Source: Candidatus Heimdallarchaeota archaeon (GTDB taxonomy: Archaea > Asgardarchaeota > Heimdallarchaeia > Heimdallarchaeales > Heimdallarchaeaceae). From it: a stretch of DNA of 56,328 bases. The first letter of the stretch is position 1, and each line of letters opens with the position of its first letter. The notes below the pieces were generated by a model that made no database searches, was not told where the DNA came from, and saw only the letters and a program-made list of their open reading frames with translations. The translations under genes and the position numbers were made by a program. Shown piece by piece: positions 48,813-56,328 of this stretch. The DNA lies in NCBI GenBank assembly GCA_030668825.1, contig DAOVET010000007.1:1-56328 (forward strand). The letters are read 5' to 3'.

Positions 48813-49724
48813 TTACTTCTTTACTGGGAAGTATAAAATGAATGGGATTTTATTTCCATCACTTATTTTAGGGCTAGTATTTTCTTCCAAACATTGATGT
48901 GGTGCAAATTTGTATTCTTTACTTTCCTTAACCCAGTCACCTAGTTCTTTCCAAGCTCTTCCCAAATCATCTATTCCAACACAACTCGTAGTTACGAATA
49001 AGCCTTCAGGAATTGTTTTAACTGTCAAATTACCATCAACTTCAAAATCATCATCAATGGTCATCCAAAATTCATAACCATATGGATTTTCTTTGTTAAT
49101 GACAAACTTTCCACTTTCTTTATCATATTTTGGATCTGGATTATTGAAACCGAATACTCTATGCTTTTCTGGTTCATCATATAGACCTTGGGGTTCAGCC
49201 CATGAATACAATTTTTCCCCTGCTTTTGGTTCAGGATCACCTAAAAATTCACCCATAGCGTGAAAGGATACAACTTTCATTTCCGGTAAATTTACTATTT
49301 TGAAATCATTTTCTTTAACCATTTTTATTTCACTACCTAATACTGTGTATTTATTGATTAGCGCTTCATAGCGTAATCTAAGGGTTTCAAGCTTTTCCTG
49401 TTCTCTAACTTTTATTTCTAGAAAGATTTTAGCTGAACTTGTAAGAATATCTTCTCCATCAAAAGAAATCTGGTATAAACCTCTTTCTCTTTTTTCAACT
49501 AAACCACAATCAACTAAAGTTGTAAGGTGGTTAGCTAGTGAAGTTTTAGCAATTCTCAGTTTTTCTTGTAGATCACTAAATTCCATAGGTTCAGTTAGCA
49601 ATCTAGCGAGTATTTCTAGTCTTATAGGATGATCTAATGCTTTATGGAGATTAGATATTTCTTCTAAAGATTCGAGAATAAACAACTGAATTGATTCTTT
49701 GTTATGGAAAGGCATGTTACCCAT
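48813..49724 (-). CDS. ArsR-type HTH fused to a GyrI-like effector-binding domain
   Basis: KALDHPIRLEIL, LANHL..L; C-terminal FKIVNLPEMKV, FGFNNP, YGYEFW, LEE. Confidence 0.82.
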   Translation of the reverse strand: MGNMPFHNKESIQLFILESLEEISNLHKALDHPIRLEILARLLTEPMEFSDLQEKLRIAKTSLANHLTTLVDCGLVEKRERGLYQISFDGEDILTSSAKIFLEIKVREQEKLETLRLRYEALINKYTVLGSEIKMVKENDFKIVNLPEMKVVSFHAMGEFLGDPEPKAGEKLYSWAEPQGLYDEPEKHRVFGFNNPDPKYDKESGKFVINKENPYGYEFWMTIDDDFEVDGNLTVKTIPEGLFVTTSCVGIDDLGRAWKELGDWVKESKEYKFAPHQCLEENTSPKISDGNKIPFILYFPVKK

Positions 49725-49742
49725 ACTGTATCATCTCTTGTG

Positions 49743-49800
49743 TATTCATAAGCTTGGGTTAGTGAATAGATGAATACTAGAATAGATGAACATATGAATA
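49743..49800. promoter_or_regulatory. Repeated ATGAA(T/C)A motifs in the divergent promoter; candidate operator
   Basis: GAATAGATGAA at 49764-49774 and 49780-49790; ATGAATA at 49794-49800; inverted TATTCAT at 49743-49749. Confidence 0.4.
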
Positions 49801-49871
49801 AATACGTTTTGCACAAATTTTCCATCAACTGAAAAACTAATAAAGCCTTTTTCTTTCTGAGACTTGATACT

Positions 49872-51344
49872 ATGTCAAAAGAAAAGATGAAAGGTATTTC
49901 GGTTAAGAAAAGTGAGGACTTTTCTAGATGGTACACAGAACTAATACAAAAAGCAGAACTAGCAGATATACGATATAACATTAAAGGTCTTGTTCCTTAT
50001 AGAGCTTGGGCTTCTGTCTCAATAAAACGAATGTATGATAAATACGAAAAATGTCTCGAAAAGAAGGGGCATCTGCCATTAATAATGCCTACTTTGATAC
50101 CAGAAAGTAATTTCTTACTGGAAGCAGATCACGTTAAAGGCTTTTCACCTCAAGTTTTCTGGGTTACACACGGTGGAGAGAAGAAACTAGAAGAAAAACT
50201 TGCTTTAAGACCAACTAGTGAAACTGCTCTTTATCAAATGTATTCGCTATGGATAAGAAGTTACAATGACTTACCTTTCAAGAGATATGTCTCTGGACAA
50301 GTTTTCAGATTCGAAGGTGGGGACACCAGAGCTTTCTTCCGAGCCAGAGAGTTTCATTGGATCGAATCTCATGATGTTTTTGCAACAGAAGAAGAAGCTA
50401 GACAACAAGTCATTGAAGACATGGAAACAACATATGAAATGCTTCAAGATGAGTTTGCTATTCCAATAATCTTCTTCCAAAGACCAGAATTCGATAAGTT
50501 TGCTGGAGCGGTTCACACATATGCAGCCGATGCGTTAATGGATTCAGGAAGAGTATTACAATTACCTTCAACACATTTGTTAGGGCAAAATTTCTCTAAA
50601 CCATTTAATGTTACATTTATGGACGAAGACAATGAAGAGAAATATGGATACATCACTTGCTATGGACCAGCAATAAGTAGAATTTATGGAGCAATGATTG
50701 CTTTACTTGGAGATGATCAAGGTTTAGTACTTCCATGGGACTTAGCGCCTATTCAAATTGTAATAATACCTATTTACAGAGCTGATACCAAAGAACTGGT
50801 TTTAGATAAAGCCAGAGAATTAACTCTTCTTATTACTGACCTCATTGATAATGCATACATCAAACTTGATGATAGAGACTATGTAAGTCCAGGAGAAAAA
50901 TTCAATGAATGGGAATTAAAAGGAGTTCCTCTTAGGATTGAAATAGGTCCTAAGGACATAGAAAATAACCAAATTGTAGCTGTAAATAGGATTTCCGGAG
51001 AGAAGATAAGAGTAAAGCAAAATAAGCTGAATAATTATATAGAAAATTACTCCAAAAATTTCACTAAACTGCTGAAGGAGAAATATTCTATTCAATTTGA
51101 TTCACAAGTGGAAATAGCACATACAGTCGAGGAAGTCAAGAAAGCTATTGGTGAAAATAAGATTGCTTGTACTGGATTCTGTTCAATTGATCTTGATGGA
51201 GAACCATGCGCTGAAATTATTGAAAAAGAAGTCAAGGCTCAAGTAAGAGGTAAGAGAGTTGATGCTGAAACTCACAAATTCGAAAAATGTGTAGTTTGTG
51301 GTGGTCCAGCTCATGAAACAGTTTATATAGCAAAAAGCTACTAA
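49872..51344 (+). CDS. proS: Proline--tRNA ligase, archaeal/eukaryotic type
   Basis: LRPTSET, FRFE, RAREFHWIESH, HLLGQNFS, GVPLRIEIGP, C-terminal CVVCG...AKSY. Confidence 0.96.
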   Translation: MSKEKMKGISVKKSEDFSRWYTELIQKAELADIRYNIKGLVPYRAWASVSIKRMYDKYEKCLEKKGHLPLIMPTLIPESNFLLEADHVKGFSPQVFWVTHGGEKKLEEKLALRPTSETALYQMYSLWIRSYNDLPFKRYVSGQVFRFEGGDTRAFFRAREFHWIESHDVFATEEEARQQVIEDMETTYEMLQDEFAIPIIFFQRPEFDKFAGAVHTYAADALMDSGRVLQLPSTHLLGQNFSKPFNVTFMDEDNEEKYGYITCYGPAISRIYGAMIALLGDDQGLVLPWDLAPIQIVIIPIYRADTKELVLDKARELTLLITDLIDNAYIKLDDRDYVSPGEKFNEWELKGVPLRIEIGPKDIENNQIVAVNRISGEKIRVKQNKLNNYIENYSKNFTKLLKEKYSIQFDSQVEIAHTVEEVKKAIGENKIACTGFCSIDLDGEPCAEIIEKEVKAQVRGKRVDAETHKFEKCVVCGGPAHETVYIAKSY

Positions 51345-51370
51345 CTTTCTTTTTATTTTTCTTTTATTCA
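51345..51370 (+). terminator. Oligo-T terminator
   Basis: ctttctttttatttttcttttatt directly after the proS stop. Confidence 0.5.
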
Positions 51371-51405
51371 AAAAAAGTCATATATTCATAAGAAATTTCT
51401 ATACA

Positions 51406-52644
51406 GTGAATATTTTGCTTGCGACCCAAGTTAGAGCTCTTTTATCTAAGAACACAATTCAAAAACAGATATCTAGAAGGGGCTTAAACCACGAAATCAC
51501 ATATACTGCCCCAAGTCCAGGAATTTACGATCAACAGTGGTTTTGGGATTCGTGTCTTCATAGTTTAGTTTGGTCAGAATTAGGAGAACAATCTAGAGCT
51601 ATTCAAGAAATTACCAGTTTAATACTTGGGATGGATGACAAACAATTCATTCCACACATGATCTTTTGGAAAAAAATTAAGAATATTTACTGGTGGATTT
51701 TTGATAAACTATATCCAACTGATCTTTACTCTGAGTTGATTCAACCACCTTTAATTGGATATACAGTTCTTAGATTAGCAGAAAAAGGCACAGAATTAGA
51801 GAAAGAAATTATTGAGGGCATTCTTTCCCATTATACTTACTTAGCTAAAGTGAGAGACCCAGAAAAGATGAATTTAATTTCAATCATTCATCCTTGGGAA
51901 AGCGGTTTAGATTCATCCCCTAAATTCGATTTAGAATTAACCAATAAGAGATTGATGCGATTTCATCAATGGAAACGTATGAGAGCACTCCTGAAAGAAT
52001 CAGCTAAATATGAGTGGAATCAAGAAATTATCGCAAAAAAATCTACCTTTAGAGTAAAATGTGTTTTAACAAACACTCTATATGCGTTTGGAATGGAAGC
52101 TTTTAGCGAGGTTCTAACCAAATACAACCTTAAAGATGCTGCTAGAGAATTGAAGGAAAAATCACAAGCTGTTTTAGATAGTTTGATACAAAATTCTTGG
52201 AATGAAAAAGAGGAACTTTTTTTTGATATAAATTTGAATGCAAGTGAAAATAAACAAATCCATGTTAATACAATTACAACCCTACTACCTCTAATGTTGA
52301 ATATTCCAAAGGACATCAAAGATAGTCTGATAGCTCACTTAACCGATAGAACAGAATATTGGTCAACTTATCCAGTACCAACTGTGTCAATGAACGAGCG
52401 ATCCTTCAATCCTAACAACATCCAGTTACTATGGAGAGGATCTACTTGGGTTAATACTAACTTTTTCATCTGGAAAGGATTGAAAAAGCATAATGAAAAT
52501 ATTTTAGCTGATGAACTTGCTCAGAAAACAAGAGAACTAGTCGAAAAGTCAGGATTTAGAGAGTTTTATAATCCAATAACGGGTGAGGGTGGAGGAGCTA
52601 ATAATTTTGGATGGTCGACACTTATTCTTCTAATGAGTAAATGA
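51406..52644 (+). CDS. GH63-like (MGH1-like) glycoside hydrolase
   Basis: QWFWDS, QPP, HPWESGLDSSP, WRG.TW.NTN, GFREFYNP.TGEG.G..FGWS. Confidence 0.85.
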   Translation: MNILLATQVRALLSKNTIQKQISRRGLNHEITYTAPSPGIYDQQWFWDSCLHSLVWSELGEQSRAIQEITSLILGMDDKQFIPHMIFWKKIKNIYWWIFDKLYPTDLYSELIQPPLIGYTVLRLAEKGTELEKEIIEGILSHYTYLAKVRDPEKMNLISIIHPWESGLDSSPKFDLELTNKRLMRFHQWKRMRALLKESAKYEWNQEIIAKKSTFRVKCVLTNTLYAFGMEAFSEVLTKYNLKDAARELKEKSQAVLDSLIQNSWNEKEELFFDINLNASENKQIHVNTITTLLPLMLNIPKDIKDSLIAHLTDRTEYWSTYPVPTVSMNERSFNPNNIQLLWRGSTWVNTNFFIWKGLKKHNENILADELAQKTRELVEKSGFREFYNPITGEGGGANNFGWSTLILLMSK

Positions 52645-52659
52645 GGATACTGTAAGAAA

Positions 52660-53379
52660 TCAGAGACTTCCTTTCAACCAGATAATAAAACCTAAAACAA
52701 TTAATAATTGACCAGAAATGTAGGTAAACATTGTTATTAATCTTTCATATCTGAATTTTTTAACAAATCTCCCTATCCCATTAAATAGATCAGAAACTGC
52801 AAATAACCAAACTCCGAGATACAAAATTATGGCCCCTATTTGATAATTGGACCATCCTTCAGGTAGAAACAGAAATGTTGAACTGATACACACTAAACAA
52901 ATAACAAAGATATAAGCTGTAACAGCTTTAGTCATCTTTCCTGTGTTTTTAGTTATGTAAGGATGTGCAATTGAAGCTGCACCAACAAATGGTAAAGCTA
53001 AGAACATACTCCACCATTGCCAGAAAATAAATCCTCTAGCATTGATAATAAAAACCACGATATATGAAATATGCCCTAACAAAAAGGCACTAAGACCAAG
53101 TTTCAACCCGAGAAGTTTCTTTTCAGGATCTGGTATCATTAAGAAAACATCCCCTAGAAATCCAAAGACTAAAGCTATTACAAACCAAACTTCATACACT
53201 GAAAAACTCAAAAGGGACGATACAAAAAAAGCTAATAAAAGTGGCATCAATAATGGTTTTGTTATCAATCTAGCTAGAACAAATTTATCTTTTCCAAAAT
53301 CAACTAAAAGTTCTCCAAGTAAATGTATTAAAGAGATAAAAGCAAATATGATAAGCAGGATAAGACTCGCTATTTCCAT
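52660..53379 (-). CDS. YhhN/lysoplasmalogenase family membrane protein
   Basis: TKPLLMP, LGDVFL, GL.AFLLGH..Y, F.VSD, MFTY..GQ. Confidence 0.88.
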   Translation of the reverse strand: MEIASLILLIIFAFISLIHLLGELLVDFGKDKFVLARLITKPLLMPLLLAFFVSSLLSFSVYEVWFVIALVFGFLGDVFLMIPDPEKKLLGLKLGLSAFLLGHISYIVVFIINARGFIFWQWWSMFLALPFVGAASIAHPYITKNTGKMTKAVTAYIFVICLVCISSTFLFLPEGWSNYQIGAIILYLGVWLFAVSDLFNGIGRFVKKFRYERLITMFTYISGQLLIVLGFIIWLKGSL

Positions 53380-53430
53380 TTAATCTCAAAACAAAGAAGA
53401 ATGAATAATTTAAAAAACTATGCTCATCTT

Positions 53431-54135
53431 TCAAATATCCTCTGGAAGATGAATAGCAATTCTACAAACTTCTCCTCTATGTATTACAGATTCAAGAACT
53501 TCTACCTTAACTTCTTTCTGGAGAATATCTTCCCAAATGCCTTTATAAAATCCTGCACCACAGTAGCAGTATTGTTCAGGAAGAACATTGTTTTCTTTAT
53601 CAAGGACATCACGTATTCTTGGACAGTGACAAAAGATTGAACGCTTCTTTATAGGGTCAGATTCTTCAAACCATTCCGTGATATATGCACTTTTGGGAAT
53701 TTTTGTAGCAATAATTTTGTTACCATGCAATTTACCAGCTGCTCCCATTCCTCTACTAAGAATCTCTTCCTTATACTTGTCTTCGATTTTTAGATTTGTT
53801 TCCATAAAACTTCCAAATTCATTCTGAAACTCTTGATGAACAAGTTTCAAGTCCTTGGTTTCAGCATATAATTTCTGATATTTCTCTAATGATTTCGTAG
53901 AATAACGACATGCACAACCCGTCATTATATTGATTTTTTCTTCATCACTAACAAGTTCAGAGAGTCTATGCATGGCTTCATTAGACCAATCAAAAACTTC
54001 TTGCCTAGTTGACTGGGCGGAGATTTCTTCGCTCCCTTTCATTACAGAAGTTCTAATTTCACTCCCAGCTATTTCTTTGATGCAGCTGGAGAATTTGATA
54101 AGCCAGTACTTATCAAAATCAAATTCCTCTGACAT
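53431..54135 (-). CDS. Cys-rich hypothetical protein (DUF6144/V4R-like)
   Basis: GCAC, FCHCP, YCYCGAGFYK..WE, VEVLESV..G..C. Confidence 0.7.
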   Translation of the reverse strand: MSEEFDFDKYWLIKFSSCIKEIAGSEIRTSVMKGSEEISAQSTRQEVFDWSNEAMHRLSELVSDEEKINIMTGCACRYSTKSLEKYQKLYAETKDLKLVHQEFQNEFGSFMETNLKIEDKYKEEILSRGMGAAGKLHGNKIIATKIPKSAYITEWFEESDPIKKRSIFCHCPRIRDVLDKENNVLPEQYCYCGAGFYKGIWEDILQKEVKVEVLESVIHRGEVCRIAIHLPEDI

Positions 54136-54226
54136 TAGTATCGATTTTCTGATTATAAAGAAGCTTATAATCTTATCTCTTCCCTTTTGGAAAAAACCTT
54201 ATTAACCCCCACTCAACATCAGATTC

Positions 54227-54706
54227 ATGCTCCCTTTAATTCAGCTTTATTCTATACTTGAAGAGGAAAGATCACATATTTTGGAACGATTCACCAAAGT
54301 AGCGAAGAAACATTTCAGCTTTAAAGAAACTAAAGGAACATGGAGTTCTGAATTGATTTTTAGACACATTTTAATGAGTAATTATTGGTTACTTCGCAAT
54401 CTTCCAGGTGGAGAAGAATTAACACCACCAGCAATAGCTCTTAATCCGGGTCAAGAATCAAGTAATGATGTTAGTATTGATCATCTTAGAGATGCTTTCC
54501 TTCTTGTTTCTGACATTATCAAACAGAGACTTTCATATTTACAATCTGAGGAAGAGGAAGAAATAATAGAGACATTCAGAGGAAAAAAACCTCGTCAAAC
54601 AGTTATTCTAGGTTTTATTTACCATGAACTTAGACATTTAGGTCAAATAACTTGGCTATTCAAACGATCCACTGGATGGACAGATAAAGAAATCTATTCG
54701 AACTAA
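54227..54706 (+). CDS. DinB family protein
   Basis: WS..IFRHI and HELRHLGQI. Confidence 0.8.
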   Translation: MLPLIQLYSILEEERSHILERFTKVAKKHFSFKETKGTWSSELIFRHILMSNYWLLRNLPGGEELTPPAIALNPGQESSNDVSIDHLRDAFLLVSDIIKQRLSYLQSEEEEEIIETFRGKKPRQTVILGFIYHELRHLGQITWLFKRSTGWTDKEIYSN

Positions 54707-54751
54707 AATCAAATTCAGTAGAAGCAATTTCTGTGGACAACACTTTTTTTT

Positions 54752-55540
54752 GTGAAAACGCATGATAATGTTATGAATGAAATTTCTGTGTGTTTAACAT
54801 TCGATGTAGATGCTGAAAGCTCTCAGATCAGAAAAGGAGAAGATCCTGTCAGAATCTCAAAAGGGCAATTCGCAATACAGAGAGGAGTGCCAAGGATTTT
54901 AGATTTGCTAAAAAAATATAATGTTCAATCTACTTTCTTTGTTTGTGGTTGGGTTGCTGAAAAATACCCAGAAACCATTCAAAACATTATTTCTGATGGT
55001 CATGAGATTGCTGCTCATGGATATTTACATGAGGAATTGGACACACTTGAGTTTAATGAGGAAACCATAGTTCATGAACACACTAATCAAATTCTTGAGG
55101 ACTTGGCAGGAAAAATTAAAGGATTCAGAGCTCCTTACTGGAAATTATCCAAGTATACTCTTACAATAATCTCAGAAATGGGATATGTTTTTGATTCTTC
55201 CTTAATGGATGAAGATAGACCTTATATCTACTCCGTACCTGAATCACCTAGAAATTTAGTTGAATTTCCTGTAGAATGGTATCTTGATGATTGGATTCTT
55301 TTTGAGCAACTTCAACAACCAGCAACAACTGTTTTTGAAACATGGAAATCGCAATATGATGCAATACAGGAAATTAAGGATATGGAGGATAGTCGTAGAG
55401 TATACACTCTTACTTGTCACCCATCATGTATCGGTCATGCCTACCGGATCCAAATGCTTGAACGATTAATACGATATATGAAATCTAAACAAGCAACATT
55501 CTCAAAAATACATCCTATTGCTGTTGAATATCTGCTCTAA
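54752..55540 (+). CDS. Polysaccharide deacetylase family protein
   Basis: TFDVD, TFFV, HEIAAHGYLH, GFRAP, DSS, HP..IG. Confidence 0.9.
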   Translation: MKTHDNVMNEISVCLTFDVDAESSQIRKGEDPVRISKGQFAIQRGVPRILDLLKKYNVQSTFFVCGWVAEKYPETIQNIISDGHEIAAHGYLHEELDTLEFNEETIVHEHTNQILEDLAGKIKGFRAPYWKLSKYTLTIISEMGYVFDSSLMDEDRPYIYSVPESPRNLVEFPVEWYLDDWILFEQLQQPATTVFETWKSQYDAIQEIKDMEDSRRVYTLTCHPSCIGHAYRIQMLERLIRYMKSKQATFSKIHPIAVEYLL

Positions 55541-55670
55541 TTCATGCAAATCTTTTTGGAGTAAATTACAAAAGTAAGTGTTTAATTCACAGCAGAGATC
55601 ATATTTTTCTCCATAATTTCAATAAATGTTCTATTAAAAGCTGTTGTAAAAAAGAAAGAAAAAGGAGCGA

Positions 55671-56328
55671 TTACGATACTCCAAATAAATTTGTAATCCA
55701 AGGTACAAATGAATCCCAGAAGAAACTTATCAAACCAGATAGTGTTCCAAAAGCAGAATAAACAAATAAAACAATAGTTTGCCATTTGGAAATGTTTATT
55801 CCGAAAATTGCTTCCATTTTACGTTTGTAAATCTTTATTGGGATGTCAATTGTTCTTAGTATACGATAGTTCTGTTCAAATTCAATTTTGATGTTACTGT
55901 CTAAATCCTTTGACCATTTAGTAGGAGTGATAAAGAATTCAACCACAATTTCCTCCAATTCAGGATGAAAATAAACAGTTCTTTGTTGTGGTGCTAAGGA
56001 TGCAACATGACCAATTGCAATAGGTCTAACAATCAATGCACCTTTCTCTAACCCATGTATTCTTGTGGTAGCTTCAATGACCTTTTCACCTAATTTAGTC
56101 ACATTCATTGAGAAGTACTCTGCAGATTCTTTGTCAACTGTTATCTCCTCAATTACTACTCTGTCATCAAACTGTTCATCTCTGACCAAAGTTATCTTAA
56201 GACGAAATACCTCATCTAAACACATATTTTTTGGAATCATTATTGATAAATCCCTAGAAAACCCTTCAAATACTTCTTTTTCAGCTGCTTCCCCAAGAGT
56301 GTCTTCATCAACCATTTTTGCTGATTCT
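55671..56328 (-). CDS. Hypothetical protein with C-terminal TM segment (probably partial)
   Basis: The frame stays open upstream of the ATG at 56315 to the window edge (ESAK-M); hydrophobic C-terminus. Confidence 0.7.
   Translation of the reverse strand, partial: ESAKMVDEDTLGEAAEKEVFEGFSRDLSIMIPKNMCLDEVFRLKITLVRDEQFDDRVVIEEITVDKESAEYFSMNVTKLGEKVIEATTRIHGLEKGALIVRPIAIGHVASLAPQQRTVYFHPELEEIVVEFFITPTKWSKDLDSNIKIEFEQNYRILRTIDIPIKIYKRKMEAIFGINISKWQTIVLFVYSAFGTLSGLISFFWDSFVPWITNLFGVS

Noticed and set aside
3629-55785. Numerous short ORFs antisense to or nested in long genes (e.g. 3629..3952, 17002..17541, 31694..32131, 53042..53383)
   Set aside because: They overlap well-supported CDSs and have Ser/Phe/Ile-rich shadow composition with no motifs.
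1-56328. tRNA, rRNA, CRISPR arrays, IS elements or provirus
   Set aside because: No GC-rich structured RNA stretch, regular repeat-spacer pattern, transposase, integrase or capsid gene seen by eye; tRNAscan-SE and Infernal would confirm.

Overview
AT-rich, gene-dense archaeal chromosomal segment. It is most likely from an Asgard archaeon (Heimdallarchaeia-like). This is an inference from a Rab-like small GTPase, archaeal-type ProRS, a TrmB regulator, tungsten-type AOR, GGTGA ribosome-binding sites, oligo-T terminators and multi-PAS kinases. It carries about 45 CDSs of mixed function: TldD/PmbA, HAD and MBL hydrolases, MFS and ABC transporters, hom-aor, malic enzyme, TrxR, two-component genes, tandem sulfotransferases, a radical SAM protein facing a nuclease-helicase, proS, a GH63-like hydrolase, DegV and YhhN. 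I saw no rRNA, tRNA, CRISPR array, integrase or transposase, and no clear multi-gene novel system. The best signals are fine-scale ones that the ORF track misses. (1) The Rab-like GTPase P-loop lies upstream of the called start and is reachable only from a CTG directly behind an ATG-GTG-ACT-TAA mini-ORF. (2) One sulfotransferase appears to start at ATC. (3) A duplicated CTACT-N9-AGTAG palindrome flanks the promoter of a TrmB/ABC operon. (4) Several intergenic gene scars are present, including a TPP-enzyme N-terminus joined to a sugar-transporter C-terminus. All family assignments come from reading motifs by eye; no database searches were run.
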